From: Eledone cirrhosa
Lineage: Eukaryota
Length of the DNA stretch: 64,000 nucleotides
Direction of reading: 5' to 3'
Assembly: GCA_964016885.1 (NCBI GenBank)
Contig: OZ024740.1
Coordinates: forward strand, 142,476,001 to 142,540,000
The translations under genes and the position numbers were made by a program. The notes under the pieces are model-generated. The model saw only the letters and a program-made list of their open reading frames with translations, ran no database searches and had not been told where the DNA came from. Shown piece by piece: positions 36,001 to 50,292 of the stretch. Numbering within the stretch: the first letter of the stretch is position 1; every line of letters begins with the position of its first letter.

Positions 36001-39000
36001 ACCATCAACAACACCACCATCAACAACATCACCAAAAACAACACCAGCATCAACAACATCACCATCAACAACACCACCATCAACAACATCACCAAAAACA
36101 ACACCACCATCATCAACACCACCATCAACAACGCCACCATCAACAACAACAACATCAACAACATCACCATCAACAACACCACCAACAACAACACCACCAT
36201 CAATAACATCACCATCAACAACACCACCATCAACAACACCACCATCAACAACACCACCATCAACAACGCTACCATCAACAACAACAACATCAACAACACC
36301 ACCATCAACAACACCACCATCAACAACGCTACCATCAACAACAACAACATCAACAACACCACCATCAACAACGCCACCATCAACAACATCACCATCAACA
36401 ATACCACCATCAACAACATCACCATCAACAACACCACCATCAACAACATCACCAACAACAACATCACCATCAACAACACCACCATCAACAACACCACCAT
36501 CAACAACAACAACATCAACAACACCACCATCAACAACATCACCATCAACAACATCACCATCATTAACACCACCATCAACAACACCACCATCAACATCACC
36601 ATCAACAACACCACCATCAACAATATCACCATCAACAACACCACCATCAACAACATCACCATCAACAACACCACCATCAACAACATCACCATCAACAACA
36701 CCACCATCAACAACGCCACCATCAACAACAACAACATCAACAACATCACCATCAACAACACCACCATCATCAACACCACCATCAACAACGCCACCATCAA
36801 CAACAACAACATCAACAACACCACCAACAACAACACCACCATCAACAACGCCACCATCAACAACACCACCATCAACAACACCACCATCAACAACGCCACC
36901 ATCATCACCATCACCATCAACAACACCACCATCAACACCACCACCATCAACAACATCACCATCAACAACACCACCGTCAACAACACCACCATCAACAACA
37001 TCACCATCAACAACACCACCATCAACAACACCACCATCAACAACACCACCATCAACAACATCACCATCAACAACACCACCGTCAACAACACCACCATCAA
37101 CAACGCCACCATCAACAACAACAACATCAACAACACACCTTCAACAACACCACCATCAACAACACCACCATCAACAACACCACCATCAACACCACCACCA
37201 TCAACAACACCACCATCAACAACACCACCATCAACAACACCACTGTCAACAACACCACTATGAACAACACCACCATCAACAACACCACCATCAACAACAC
37301 CACCATCAACAACACCACCATCAACAACACCACTATCAACAACACCACCACCAACAACATCACCATCAACAACATCACCATCAACAACATCACCATCAAC
37401 ACCACCACCATCAACAACACCACCATCAACAACACCACTTTCAACAACACCACCACCAACAACACCACCATCAACAACAACACCACCATCAACAACACCA
37501 CCATCAACAACACCACCATCAACAACACCACCATCAACAACACCACTATCAACAACACCACCACCAACAACATCACCATCAACAACATCACCATCAACAA
37601 CATCACCATCAACACCACCACCATCAACAACACCACCATCAACAACACCACTTTCAACAACACCACCACCAACAACACCACCATCAACAACAACACCACC
37701 ATCAACAACACCACCATCAACAACATCACCATCAACAACACCACCATCAACACCATCACCATCAACAACACCACCATCAACAATACCACCATCAACAACA
37801 CCACCATCAACACCACCACCATCAACAACACCACCAACCACAACACCACCATCAACAACACCACCATCAACAACACCACCATCAACAACGCCACCATCAA
37901 CAACACCACCATCAACAACATCACCATCAACAACACCACCATCAACACCATCACCATCAACAACACCACCATCAACAACACCACCATCAACAACACCACC
38001 ATCAACACCACCACCATCAACAACACCACCAACCACAACACCACCATCAACAACACCACCATCAACAACACCACCATCAACAACGCCACCATCAACACCA
38101 CCACCATCAACAACACCACCAACCACAACACCACCATCAACAACACCACCATCAACACCATCACCATCAACAACACCACCATCAACAACACCACCATCAA
38201 CAACACCACCATCAACACCACCACCATCAACAACACCACCAACCACAACACCACCATCAACAACACCACCATCAACAACACCACCATCAACAACACCACC
38301 ATCAACACCACCACCATCAACAACACCACCAACCACAACACCACCAACCACAACACCACCATCAACAACACCACCATCAACAACACCACCATCAACAACG
38401 CCACCATCAACAACATCACCATCAACAACATCACCATCAACAACACCACCATCAACAACATCACCAACAACAAAGCCACCATCAACAACACCACCATCAA
38501 CAACATCACCATCAACAACACCACCATCACCAACATCACCTTCAACAACATCACCATCAACAACATCACCATCAACAACACCACCATCAACAACACCACC
38601 ATCAACAACATCACCATCAACAACACCACCATCAACAACACCACCATCAACAACATCACCTTCAACAACATCACCATCAACAACACCAACATCAACAACA
38701 TCACCATCAACAACATCACCATCAACACCACCAACATCAACAACATCACCATCAACAACACCACCATCAACAACATCACCATCAACAACACCAACATCAA
38801 CAACATCACCATCAACAACATCACCATCAACACCACCAACATCAACAACATCACCATCAACAACAACACCATCAACAACACCACCATCAACAACATCACC
38901 ATCAACAACATCACCTTCAACAACATCACCATCAACAACATCACCATCAACAACATCACCATCAACAACATCACCTTCAACAACATCACCATCAACAACA

Positions 39001-42000
39001 CCAACATCAACAACATCACCATCAACTACATCACCATCAACAACATCACCATCAACAACATCACCATCAACAACATCACCATCAACAACATCACCATCAA
39101 CAACACAAACATCAACAACATCACCATCAACAACATCACCATCAACAACATCACCATCAACACCACCAACATCAACAACATCACCATCAACAACATCACC
39201 ATCAACAACACCACCATCAACAACATCACCATCAACAACATCACCATCAACAACACCAGCATCAACAACACCACCATCAATAACATCACCATCAACACCA
39301 TCACCATCAACAACACCACCATCAACAACACCACCATCAACAACACCACCATCAACAACGCCACCATCAACAACATCACCATCAACAACATCACCATCAA
39401 CAACACCACCATCAACAACATCACCAACAACAACGCCACCATCAACAACAACAACATCCACAACATCACCATCAACAACAACAACATCAACAACATCACC
39501 ATCAACAACATCACCATCAACAACACCACCATCAACAACATCACCATCAACAACATCACCACCAACAACACCAGCATCAACAACACCACCATCAACAACA
39601 CCACCATCAACAACATCACCATCAACAACACCACGTTCAACAACATCACCATCAACAACACCACCATCAACAACACCACCATCAACAACACCACCATCAA
39701 CAACATCACCATCAACAACACCACCATCAACAACACCACCATCAACAACGCCACCATCAACAACAACAACATCAACAACACCACCATCAACAACACCACC
39801 ATCAACAACATCACCATCAACAACACCATCATCAACAACATCACCTTCAACAACATCACCTTCAACAACATCACCATCAACAACACCACCATCAACAACA
39901 TCACCATCAACAACACCACCATCAACAACACCACCATCAACAACATCACCTTCAACAACATCACCATCAACAACACCACCATCAACAACATCACCATCAA
40001 CAACACCACCATCAACAACACCACCATCAACAACATCACCTTCAACAACATCACCATCAACAACACCACCATCAACAACATCACCATCAACAACACCACC
40101 ATCAACACCATCACCATCAACAACACCACCATCAACAACACCACCATCAACAACATCACCATCAACAACACCACCATCAACAACACCACCATCAACAACA
40201 CCACCATCAACAACGCCACCATCAACAACATCACCATCAACAACATCACCATCAACAACACCACCATCAACAACATCACCAACAACAACGCCACCATCAA
40301 CAACACCACCATCAACAACAACATCAACAACATCACCATCAACAACACCACCATCAACAACGCCACCATCAACAACATCACCATCAACAACACCTCCAAC
40401 AACAACACCCCCATCAACAACACCACCATCAACAATGCCACCATCAACAACATCACCATCAACAACACCACCATCAACAACACCACCATCAACAACACCA
40501 CCATCAACACCATCACCATCAACAACACCACCATCAACAACACCACCATCAACAACACCACCATCAACAACGCCACCATCAACACCATCACCATCAACAA
40601 CATCACCATCAACAACACCACCATCAACAACTTCACCATCAACAACACCACCATCAACAACACCACCATCAACAACATCACCTTCAACAACATCACCATC
40701 AACAACACCAACATCAACACCATCACCATCAACAACACCACCATCAACAACACCACCATCAACAACATCACCATCAACAACACCACCATCAACAACATCA
40801 CCCTCAACAACACCACCATCAACAACACCACCATCAACAACGCCACCAACAACAACATCACCATCAACAACGCCACCATCAACCACAACAACATCAACAA
40901 CATCACCATCAACAACTACACCATCAACAACACCACCATCAACAACATCACCAACAACAAAACCACCATGAACAACATCACCATCAACAACACCACCATC
41001 AACAACATCACCAACAACAAAACCACCATCAACAACACCACCATCAACAACATCACCATCAACAACGCCACCAACAACAACATCACCATCAACAACGCCA
41101 CCATCAACCACAACAACATCAACAACACCACCATCAACAACACCACCATCAACAACACCACCATCAACAACATCACCAACAACAAAACCACCATCAACAA
41201 CATCACCATCAACAACACCACCATCAACAACATCACCATCAACAACACCACCATCAACAACATCACCATCAACAATACCACCATCAACAACGCCACCATC
41301 AACAACAACAACATCAACAACATCACCATCAACAACACCACCAACAACAACAACACCATCAATAACATCACCATCAACAACACCACCATCAACAACACCA
41401 CCATCAACAACACCACCATCAACAACGCCACCATCAACAACAACAACATCAACAACATCACCATCAACAACACCACCAACAACAACAACACCATCAATAA
41501 CATCACCATCAACAACACCACCATCAACAACACCACCATCAACAACACCACCATCAACAACGCCACCATCAACAACACCACCATCAACAACACCACCATC
41601 AACAACACCACCATCAACAACACCACCATCAACAACGCCACCATCAACAACATCACCATCAACAACATCACCATTAACAACACCACCATCAACAACACCA
41701 ACATCAACAACATCACCATCAACAACATCACCATCAACAACACCACCAACAACAACAACACCATCAATAACATCACCATCAACAACACCACCATCAACAA
41801 CACCACCATCAACAACACCACCATCAACAACGCCACCATCAACAACACCACCATCAACAACACCACCATCAACAACACCACCATCAACAACACCACCATC
41901 AACAACACCACCATCAACAACGCCACCATCAACAACATCACCATCAACAACATCACCATTAACAACACCACCATCAACAACACCAACATCAACAACACCA

Positions 42001-44395
42001 CCATCAACAACATCACCATCAACAACATCACCATCAACAACATCACCATCAACAACACCACCATCAACAACACCACCATCAACAACACCACCATCAACAA
42101 CGCCACCATCAACAACATCACCATCAACAACACCACCATCAACAACGCCACCATCAACAACAACACCATCAACAACACCGCCATCAACAACACCACCATC
42201 AACAACATCACCATCAACAACATCACCATCAACAACGCCACCATCAACAACACCACCATCAACAACACCACCATCAACAACGCCACCATCAACAACACCA
42301 CCATCAACAACACCACCATCAACAACACCACCATCAACAACATCACCATCAACAACTCCACCAACAACAACATCACCATCAACAACACCACCATCAACAA
42401 CATCACCATCAACAACACCACCATCAACAACGCCACCATCAACAACAACAACATCAACAACACCACCATCAACAACACCACCATCAACAACACCACTATC
42501 AACAACACCACCATCAACAACGCCACCATCAACAACAACAACATCAACAACACCACCATCAACAACACCACCATCAACAACATCACCATCAACAACACCA
42601 CCATCAACAACATCACCATCAACAATACCACCATCAACAACATCACCATCAACACCACCACCATCAACAACACCACCATCAACAACACCACTATCAACAA
42701 CACCACCACCAACAACACCACCATCAACAACAACACCACCATCAACAACACCACCATCAACAACACCACCATCAACAACACCACCATCAACAACACCACC
42801 AACAACAACATCACCATCAACAACACCACCATCAACAACATCACCATCAACAACACCACCATCAACAACACCACCATCAACAACACCACCATCAACAACA
42901 CCACCATCAACAACACCACCATCAACAACATCACCATCAACAACATCACCATCAACAACACCACCATCAACAACACCACCATCAACAACACCACCATCAA
43001 CAACGCCACCATCAACAACATCACCATCAACAACACCACCATCAACAACACCACCATCAACAACACCACCATCAACAACGCCACCATCAACAACATCACC
43101 ATCAACAACACCACCATCAACAACACCACCATCAACAACATCACCATCAACAACGCCACCATCAACAACACCACCATCAACAACACCACCATCAACAACG
43201 CCACCATCAACAACACCACCATCAACAACACCACCATCAACAACACCACCATCAACAACATCACCATCAACAACTCCACCAACAACAACATCACCATCAA
43301 CAACACCACCATCAACAACATCACCATCAACAATACCACCATCAACAACGCCACCATCAACAACAACATCAACAACACCACCATCAACAACACCACCATC
43401 AACAACACCACTATCAACAACACCACCATCAACAACGCCACCATCAACAACAACAACATCAACAACACCACCATCAACAACACCACCATCAACAACATCA
43501 CCATCAACAACACCACCATCAACAACATCACCATCAACAATACCACCATCAACAACATCACCATCAACACCACCACCATCAACAACACCACCATCAACAA
43601 CACCACTATCAACAACACCACCACCAACAACACCACCATCAACAACAACACCACCATCAACAACACCACCATCAACAACACCACCATCAACAACACCACC
43701 ATCAACAACACCACCAACAACAACATCACCATCAACAACACCACCATCAACAACATCACCATCAACAACACCACCATCAACAACACCACCATCAACAACA
43801 CCACCATCAACAACACCACCATCAACAACACCACCATCAACAACATCACCATCAACAACATCACCATCAACAACACCACCATCAACAACACCACCATCAA
43901 CAACATCACCATCAACAACACCACCATCAACAACATCACCATCAACAACATCACCATCAACAACACCACCATCAACAACACCACCATCAACAACATCACC
44001 ATCAACAACACCACCATCAACAACATCACCATCAACAACACCACCATCAACAACACCACCATCAACAACATCACCATCAACAACACCACCATCAACAACA
44101 TCATCATCATCAACACCACCATCAACAACATCACCATCAACAACATCACCATCAACAACACCACCATCAACAACATCACCATCAACAACACCACCATCAA
44201 CAACATCACCATCAACAACATCACCATCAACAACACCACCATCAACAACACCACCATCAACAACATCAACATCAACAACACCACCATCAACAACATCACC
44301 ATCAACAACATCACCATCAACAACACCACCATCAACAACACCACCATCAACAACATCAACATCAACAACACCACCATCAACAACATCAACATCAC
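1..44395. repeat. Giant satellite array, 15-bp unit ACCATCAACAACA(C/T)C, open at the left edge of the window
   Basis: Continuous tandem AAC-AAC-AYC-ACC-ATC units; + strand almost G-free; most length variants are gain or loss of whole triplets; ends abruptly near 44395. Confidence 0.98.
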
Positions 44396-44397
44396 AC

Positions 44398-44451
44398 GAT
44401 CATCATTATCATCACCATCGTCATCATCATTGTCATCATCATCATTATCAT
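44398..44451. repeat. Imperfect (ATC)n microsatellite at the satellite boundary
   Basis: gatcatcattatcatcaccatcgtcatcatcattgtcatcatcatcattatcat. Confidence 0.85.
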
Positions 44452-44600
44452 GTTACGGCCTTTTCCATTCTGAGTTCAAATCCTTGCCGAGGTCAAACTT
44501 TGCCTTCTATCCTTACGGGGCTCGATAAAATAAAAGAAAGTAAAGTACCAGTAATTTACTGGTGATTTGCTGGCCTTGTGCCAAAAGTATTAACAATTAT
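44452..44600 (+). mobile_element. SINE family A, 5'-truncated copy
   Basis: ctgagttcaaatcc..gccgaggtcaaactttgccttctatccttacgggg.tcgataaaataaa..gtaccagt..ctggccttgtgccaaaagta; matches the copies at 53.96-54.18 kb and 63.87-64.0 kb. Confidence 0.85.
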
Positions 44601-44606
44601 CATGTC

Positions 44607-44609
<3 letters not shown>

Positions 44610-44655
<46 letters not shown>
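44610..44655. repeat. (CA)n microsatellite
   Basis: Pure dinucleotide run. Confidence 0.95.
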
Positions 44656-44657
<2 letters not shown>

Positions 44658-44867
44658 GTAGTGGGAGAAAGAGGAAGTGATAGCAGTAATTCTTTACATC
44701 GTCGGTGGGGAAAGTAAAACGAAACGAACCACTTATGTCGTGTTATTCAAGTTACAAGTAGAAGCAGATGCTTTTTTACATTGTCTAAGTTTTATAGAAA
44801 GTTTGAATAATTGAAACAATTTCTTAAATGAATCTCGTTCATGAATTTATTTCATTTTTCTGTCAAC

Positions 44868-44914
<47 letters not shown>

Positions 44915-45295
44915 GGTTTTATATTTGTTATTTTAAAAATACTGGTTCTGACAACTACCGCCTTGATGATGATGTTGTTGTTGGTGGTGGTGGTGATGCG
45001 AATGATGGTGATGATGATGATTATGATGATGATGGTGATGGTGATGATGATGATGTTGGTGGTGATGATGATGGTGATGATGATTGTGATGGTGATGACG
45101 ATGATGATGATGATGATGGTGGTGATACGTGTGATGGTGATGGTGATGATGATGATGGTGGTGGTGGTGGTGTTGATGACGATGATGATAATGATGGTAA
45201 TGATGATGATGCGAATGATGATGATAGCGGTGCTGGTGATGACGATGGTGATGACGATGGTGATGGTGATGGTGATAGTGATGATGATGATGATG
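44868..45295. repeat. (GTT)n followed by compound (GAT/GGT)n microsatellite
   Basis: (GTT)n at about 44868-44914; GAT/GGT mosaic at about 44964-45295. Confidence 0.93.
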
Positions 45296-45415
45296 CATGT
45301 TACCTTGACAACATACGGTGCATTAGATCATGTCATTAATAATTATTAAGAAGGAAGCACTTTTGCAAACAACCAGATACATTACAGCAACATTTCAATT
45401 AAACAAAATCTTTTA

Positions 45416-45431
45416 TGTTGTTGTTGTTGTC

Positions 45432-45484
<53 letters not shown>

Positions 45485-45701
45485 CGTCGTTGTCGTCGTT
45501 GTTGTTGTTGTTGTCGTCGTTGTCGTTGTTGTTGTTGTTGTTGTTGTTGTCGTTGTTGTTGTTGTTGTCGTCGTTGTCGTCGTTGTCGTTGTCGTTGTTG
45601 TTGTTGTCGTTGTCGTTGTTGTTTTTGTTGTTATTGTCGTTGTTGTTGTCGTCGTTGTTGTTGTTGTTGTTGTTGTTGTTGTCGTCGTCGTCGTCGTCGT
45701 C

Positions 45702-45749
<48 letters not shown>

Positions 45750-45771
45750 ATTGTCGTTGTTGTTGTTGTTT

Positions 45772-45850
<79 letters not shown>

Positions 45851-45872
45851 TGCTGTTGTTTGTTTGTTTGTT
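45416..45872. repeat. Compound (GTT/GTC)n-(GCT)n microsatellite
   Basis: About 450 bp of GTT/GTC triplets ending in (GCT)n and (GTTT)n. Confidence 0.95.
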
Positions 45873-45932
45873 TTCACATTGGCGATCAGATCTTTGCACT
45901 AACAGTCTTCAATATAATCGGCAATAGCGGCT

Positions 45933-46103
45933 GCAGCAGTAGTAGTAGCAGCAACAGTAGTAGTAGTATTAGTAGCAGTAGTAATAGAAGCAGCAACAGC
46001 AACAGCAAAAACAGCAGCAGCAGTGGTAGTAGCAACAACAATAGTAGCAGTAGTAGTAGTAGTAGTAGCAGTAGGAGCAGCAGCAGCAGCAGTAGTAGTA
46101 GTA
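45933..46103. repeat. Compound (AGC/AGT/AAC)n microsatellite
   Basis: gcagcagtagtagtagcagcaacagtag... mosaic. Confidence 0.9.
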
Positions 46104-47099
46104 TTCAAAGCTGTCACATGGGCATCTAGCTAGCTCCCTAGGCTAGCTCTACAATGATTGTCCCTTTCTTTTAGTTATGTGCCCTATTTTCTCACAATGA
46201 AATAGATTCGACTTGTGTCTAATCACAGTTATAAAAGAAATGAATCAACAAGCCATTGTATGTGTGTGTATAAGGTTTTAGAGGGGAAATTGAAGTTGTA
46301 TAGAAGGCGAAGTTAGCATGTTCGTTGTGTATTTTCAATGAAACATTAGTTGTATTTCAGGCAGAGCCGCCACCAGAGTATTTACCATCCAAAGCTAGCC
46401 CTAAAATGTGCGCCACTTGCTCCCAGTAATGTGCCCCATTCTGCCAAAGTCTTAGACTCACAATCATATAGTCATGGACTTGAAACTTGGACCGAGATGC
46501 GTATTGTAAGACGCTTTATTTACGTTGCTTTTTCTGATAGGACTAGGACTCCTAACATTAAAACATTTGAGAAACCTCCTATGATATGCAAACTCGTATG
46601 AGGCTACTAAACTTCAATAAGTGTGAGATGAAACTTCCCTTTTCCTTTTAACGAACAAAGATTCAATTAACTGAAACATTAGCCTCAACCCTTTCTCAAC
46701 ATCCCCATCTTAGTGGGTGTAGTATTTTTAATCCTTCATACACTAAGGGAACAATCTGTGACAATCTGTAAATAAAATAGTTTCAATACGAAATGGGAAA
46801 AAAATCACTATTCTGCCTGCTATAGCAACGATTGTACAAGAAATATGATTCGGAAGTTTGCTTTTTTGATTTGACTTAACAACGAACTTATCGGCTTGTA
46901 AACTTCACTAATGCCGCCTCATTATCAATGTTTAGATAGCTTTTCCCTGCAACAAATTTGTTTTATTATTGATTTCTTTGGAGTTGATGACAAATCAAAT
47001 ACTATAAACTATATAAATCACGCTGTCTATTGTTTCAAATTTCTTCATAGAATAATTATGATTCACCATTACTAAACTATAGACTATAAAAGGAAATGA

Positions 47100-47650
47100 G
47101 CCGATCATTAGGTCGGACGAAGAAAACACTGTCGGCTCGAGATAAACATAACAGGCACGGAAGTGCGGTGAGACAGACATGTCCGAGATGCGCGCAGAGC
47201 AGCGAAACCGTTCTGAACGCACTCATTCAGTGTCTGTGCATTACTAACATGTGGAGTTTTATAAAACAGCTATTATCGCATGTAGGACGGATCTCGCTAT
47301 CGACCGAATCCATCATGAAGATCGCCCCGTCACATTCTTTTGGCCGTGGAAGGGCAGGCAGTGTTCCTTTTACTTTGTGGCTATAGCGAATGAGCTTGTG
47401 TAGTGGACGCGGCTGAAAGGGCTGAAGTCAGACACTTTCCTCTTCGGCAAAGCCCTCATCAATTTTTTCAAGTTCCACTTCGAAAGGAATGTGAGGGTGG
47501 AATGGGAGTAACCCCCCCCCCCTCCCCTCCAGTACATTTGTTAAAAGGTGGGTGAATGTACCGAGAACGGTCCGTGTGAATGGGTCTGCTCTGACAATGC
47601 GCCTGTAGGCTGGCATGTTTAGAGAGGTGGGGGGCTCCTCTTGAGAATAG
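47100..47650 (+). mobile_element. 5'-truncated L1/Tx1-type LINE, decayed C-terminal ORF2 fragment with zf-RVT-like zinc finger
   Basis: Translates to ...LSARDKHNRHGSAVRQTCPRCAQSSETVLNALIQC...W, matching the CxxC-x4-ET-x2-H-x4-C-x5-W pattern with H replaced by N. After disruptions it continues WTRLKGLK...FVKRWVNV...LTMRL*. GC is higher than in the flanks. Confidence 0.65.
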
Positions 47651-47654
47651 GGTG

Positions 47655-47776
47655 AGTTCGACTTTTCCTTCCATTCCTTTCGCAGTTCATAAAATAAAGT
47701 ACCAGCCCAGTAATGCATTGATATAACCCATTGCACCCCACCCCCAAATCTAAAGCCACGAGCCTATATTAGAAAT
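47655..47776 (+). mobile_element. Degenerate SINE family A 3' part
   Basis: ttttccttccattcctttcgcagttcataaaataaagtaccag...gcctatattagaaa resembles the family A body and tail. Confidence 0.55.
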
Positions 47777-47794
47777 CAACATTTGAGAAACACA

Positions 47795-47918
47795 GGAACA
47801 AGAGATTAGTCCATATGAAGCTATTGTAGAAGTCAAGTGACTATGGTGCCGAAGTGTGGGACTAAACTCAAAAGCTTGTGGCTACAAAGTGAACTACTTA
47901 ATCAAATAGACATGCCTG
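47795..47918 (-). mobile_element. Degenerate tRNA-derived SINE head (family B)
   Basis: Reverse strand reads caggcatgtctatttgattaag...gagtttagtcccacac...cttctacaatagc, with degenerate A-box and B-box spacing. Confidence 0.45.
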
Positions 47919-48254
47919 TACATCTACAAGGCTATAATATATCAATATTCTCTTTTCAAATTTCACCTGGAAATTATATGCTTTCCATCTCTCTACGGTA
48001 TATATAACTTTAACGTATCTGTAATTCTCTCGAAAAACATTTGTGATTTAACGCCAAATTAATAAATTAATATCGAGTGTATGTACATGTAGATGAATGG
48101 ATTGATGTGTATCTCCCGATGGAGTCGTAGGGATGCCGTAGTGACATATAGCATCTCTCTAGATCTGAACACAGCCGATTTCTTTCAGAGAAAGAGAGAG
48201 AGGAATGATGGAGAAGGAGTGAGAAAGCGATGCAAAGGAAAAGTTTTCACTAGT

Positions 48255-48402
48255 ACTGAACTGGTACTTGGTACTTTTTATTTTCGACCTCGAAAGAAGG
48301 AAAGCAAAGTTGACTTCGCCGAGTTTTGAACTCAGAGTGCAGAATGACTACAGGAAACCATTTTACACAACGTTCTAACGACTTTATCAATTCGACGCCT
48401 TA
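48255..48402 (-). mobile_element. SINE family A copy
   Basis: actggtac..ttttattttcgacctcgaaagaaggaaagcaaagttgacttcgccgagttttgaactcag is the reverse complement of the family A body. Confidence 0.75.
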
Positions 48403-48464
48403 TACTAAAAGGGCGCAGGTCACAATTTAGTTGTTTAGAGTGAAATTGTAAACATTCCTGTCTG

Positions 48465-48595
48465 TATGTGTGTCCAGTTTAGAGGTCAGAGTGTGTTCGT
48501 TTTACGATTATCAATAACATGAGTTCGATTCTCAGCAGGACGTTGAATCCTTGAGCAAAACACTTTATTTTATGTTGCTCCAGTCTACTTGCACA
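48465..48595 (+). mobile_element. tRNA-derived SINE family C, degenerate
   Basis: B-box-like gagttcgattc followed by ccttgagcaaaacactttattttatgttgctccagtctact; homologous to the minus-strand copy at about 60.36-60.48 kb. Confidence 0.6.
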
Positions 48596-48979
48596 TAGAT
48601 TTCACAAGCAAACTTTTCGAATAACTGGAACACTCCTCGTCAGAACGTACATATGGGTGTGTGTATCCTTAAGATATTTGGAAAGTAACATTTGAACACT
48701 TACAAATATTTAATTTGCATCGTCGATTTTTGTTTTGGCTTCGTTTTCGCTTATTTTTGTTTTGTTTATCACTATCATTAAGCGTTTACCAGTGTATCCG
48801 CCTGTCGATATATCTCCCCCTATGTATGTGTGCACGCAAGCGTATATATTCGTTAGAATTTTTTTGGTTTCGTTTATGTTAAAACGAATATAGCCATAAT
48901 CATTATCTTAATATTTTCTTAAATGTTTTGTAAACTTCTTTGATATTTTGATATTGTAAAGATTATTTCTGAATATAAT

Positions 48980-49208
<229 letters not shown>

Positions 49209-49435
49209 GGAAAAAATGAAACGAAATTTCATTTCCCACTCTTAGTACGGCTGTTACTTAAATATAAGTATGTATACGTACATACATATATGTATACAGA
49301 CGTACAGTAGTATGTATATATATATACATACATGCACACATATATATATTATAATGCTCGGTGTGTTTGTAAACAAACATCCCGAATTAAGCCGTACAGT
49401 GTTTAGCAACCATCGTTGTCAACACTGACAAAGGA

Positions 49436-49478
49436 ACGCTGTACTAGTTTCAAGCTTATTAGCTATCGTCAGCAACGT
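49436..49478 (-). ncRNA. Minimal type I hammerhead ribozyme, intact core
   Basis: Minus strand reads ACGUUG-CUGACGA-u-AGCU-aaua-AGCU-u-GAAA-CUAG-UA-CAGCGU: 6-bp stem I, 4-bp stem II, palindromic stem III ACUAGU, GUA cleavage triplet. Confidence 0.85.
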
Positions 49479-49895
49479 ATACCTTCCAGCCAGATGATTG
49501 AACGTCTGAAAGTATATACTTTCCTTATGCATATTAACGGCTGAGCAGCCTAATTTGCATATCGAGTGAGTTAATCGGCCGGGCGCACCGAAAACGAGCA
49601 TTATAATAAATGTTCGGTGAATCCATACGTACATATATATATGTGTGTATGTATATATATATATACATACTACTGTACGTCTGTATACATATATGTATGT
49701 ACGTGTACATACTTATATTTAAGTAACAGCCGTACTAAGAGTGAGAAATGAAATTTCGTTTCATTTTTTCCGTTTATCGTTTTCGGTGCGCCCGGCCGAT
49801 TAACCCACTCGATATGCAAATTGGGCTACTCAGCCGTTAATATGCATAAGGTAAGTATATACTTTCAGACGTTCAATCATCTGGCAGGAAGGTAT

Positions 49896-49938
49896 GCGTT
49901 GCTGACGATAGCTAATAAGCTTGAAACTAGTACAGCGT
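49896..49938 (+). ncRNA. Minimal type I hammerhead ribozyme, intact core
   Basis: GCGUUG-CUGACGA(49902-49908)-uAGCUaauaAGCUu-GAAA(49923-49926)-CUAG-UA-CAGCGU. Confidence 0.85.
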
Positions 49939-50290
49939 TCCTTTGTCAATGTTGACAACGATGGTTGCTAAACACTGTACGGAACAATTCGGGATGTTTG
50001 TTTACAAACACACCGAGCATTATAATATATATATGTGTGCATGTATAAATATCTAAAAAGCTTGAAACTAGTACATCGTTCCTTTGTCAGTGTTGAACAA
50101 AAGAGCAACGATGGTTGCTAGACACTACGGCTTAATACGGGATGTTTGTTTACAAACACACCGAGCATTATAATAAATGTTTGGTGAATCCATACGTACA
50201 TATATATATGTGTGCATGTATGTATGTATATATATATATATATACATACTACTGTACGTCTGTATACATATATGTATGTACGTATACATA

Positions 50291-50292
<2 letters not shown>

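Noticed and set aside
2143-44395. Minus-strand MVVLL and VVDGD/VVDGG ORFs that look like membrane or acidic repeat proteins
   Set aside because: Reverse-complement translations of the same satellite, overlapping in multiple frames
1-44395. CRISPR array, telomeric repeat or information-encoding binary tape
   Set aside because: No repeat-spacer structure or cas genes; the unit is not a TTAGGG/TTAGG-type repeat; the C/T pattern is adequately explained by nested duplication
1982-44528. Giant + strand ORFs resembling mucin (PSTTS/PSTTP), N-glycosylation-rich (NNTTI) or His/Gln-rich proteins
   Set aside because: The unit lacks stop codons in every frame, so long ORFs are expected. The ORFs drift between all three readings, substitutions hit all triplet positions and create stops (ataaac, atgaac), and no signal peptide or non-repetitive domain is attached
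44828-46129. Poly-His, poly-Val, poly-Thr, poly-Asn and poly-Ser ORFs
   Set aside because: Translations of trinucleotide microsatellites
46125-46150. Short palindrome agctagctccctaggctagct
   Set aside because: Too short and low in complexity to distinguish from chance
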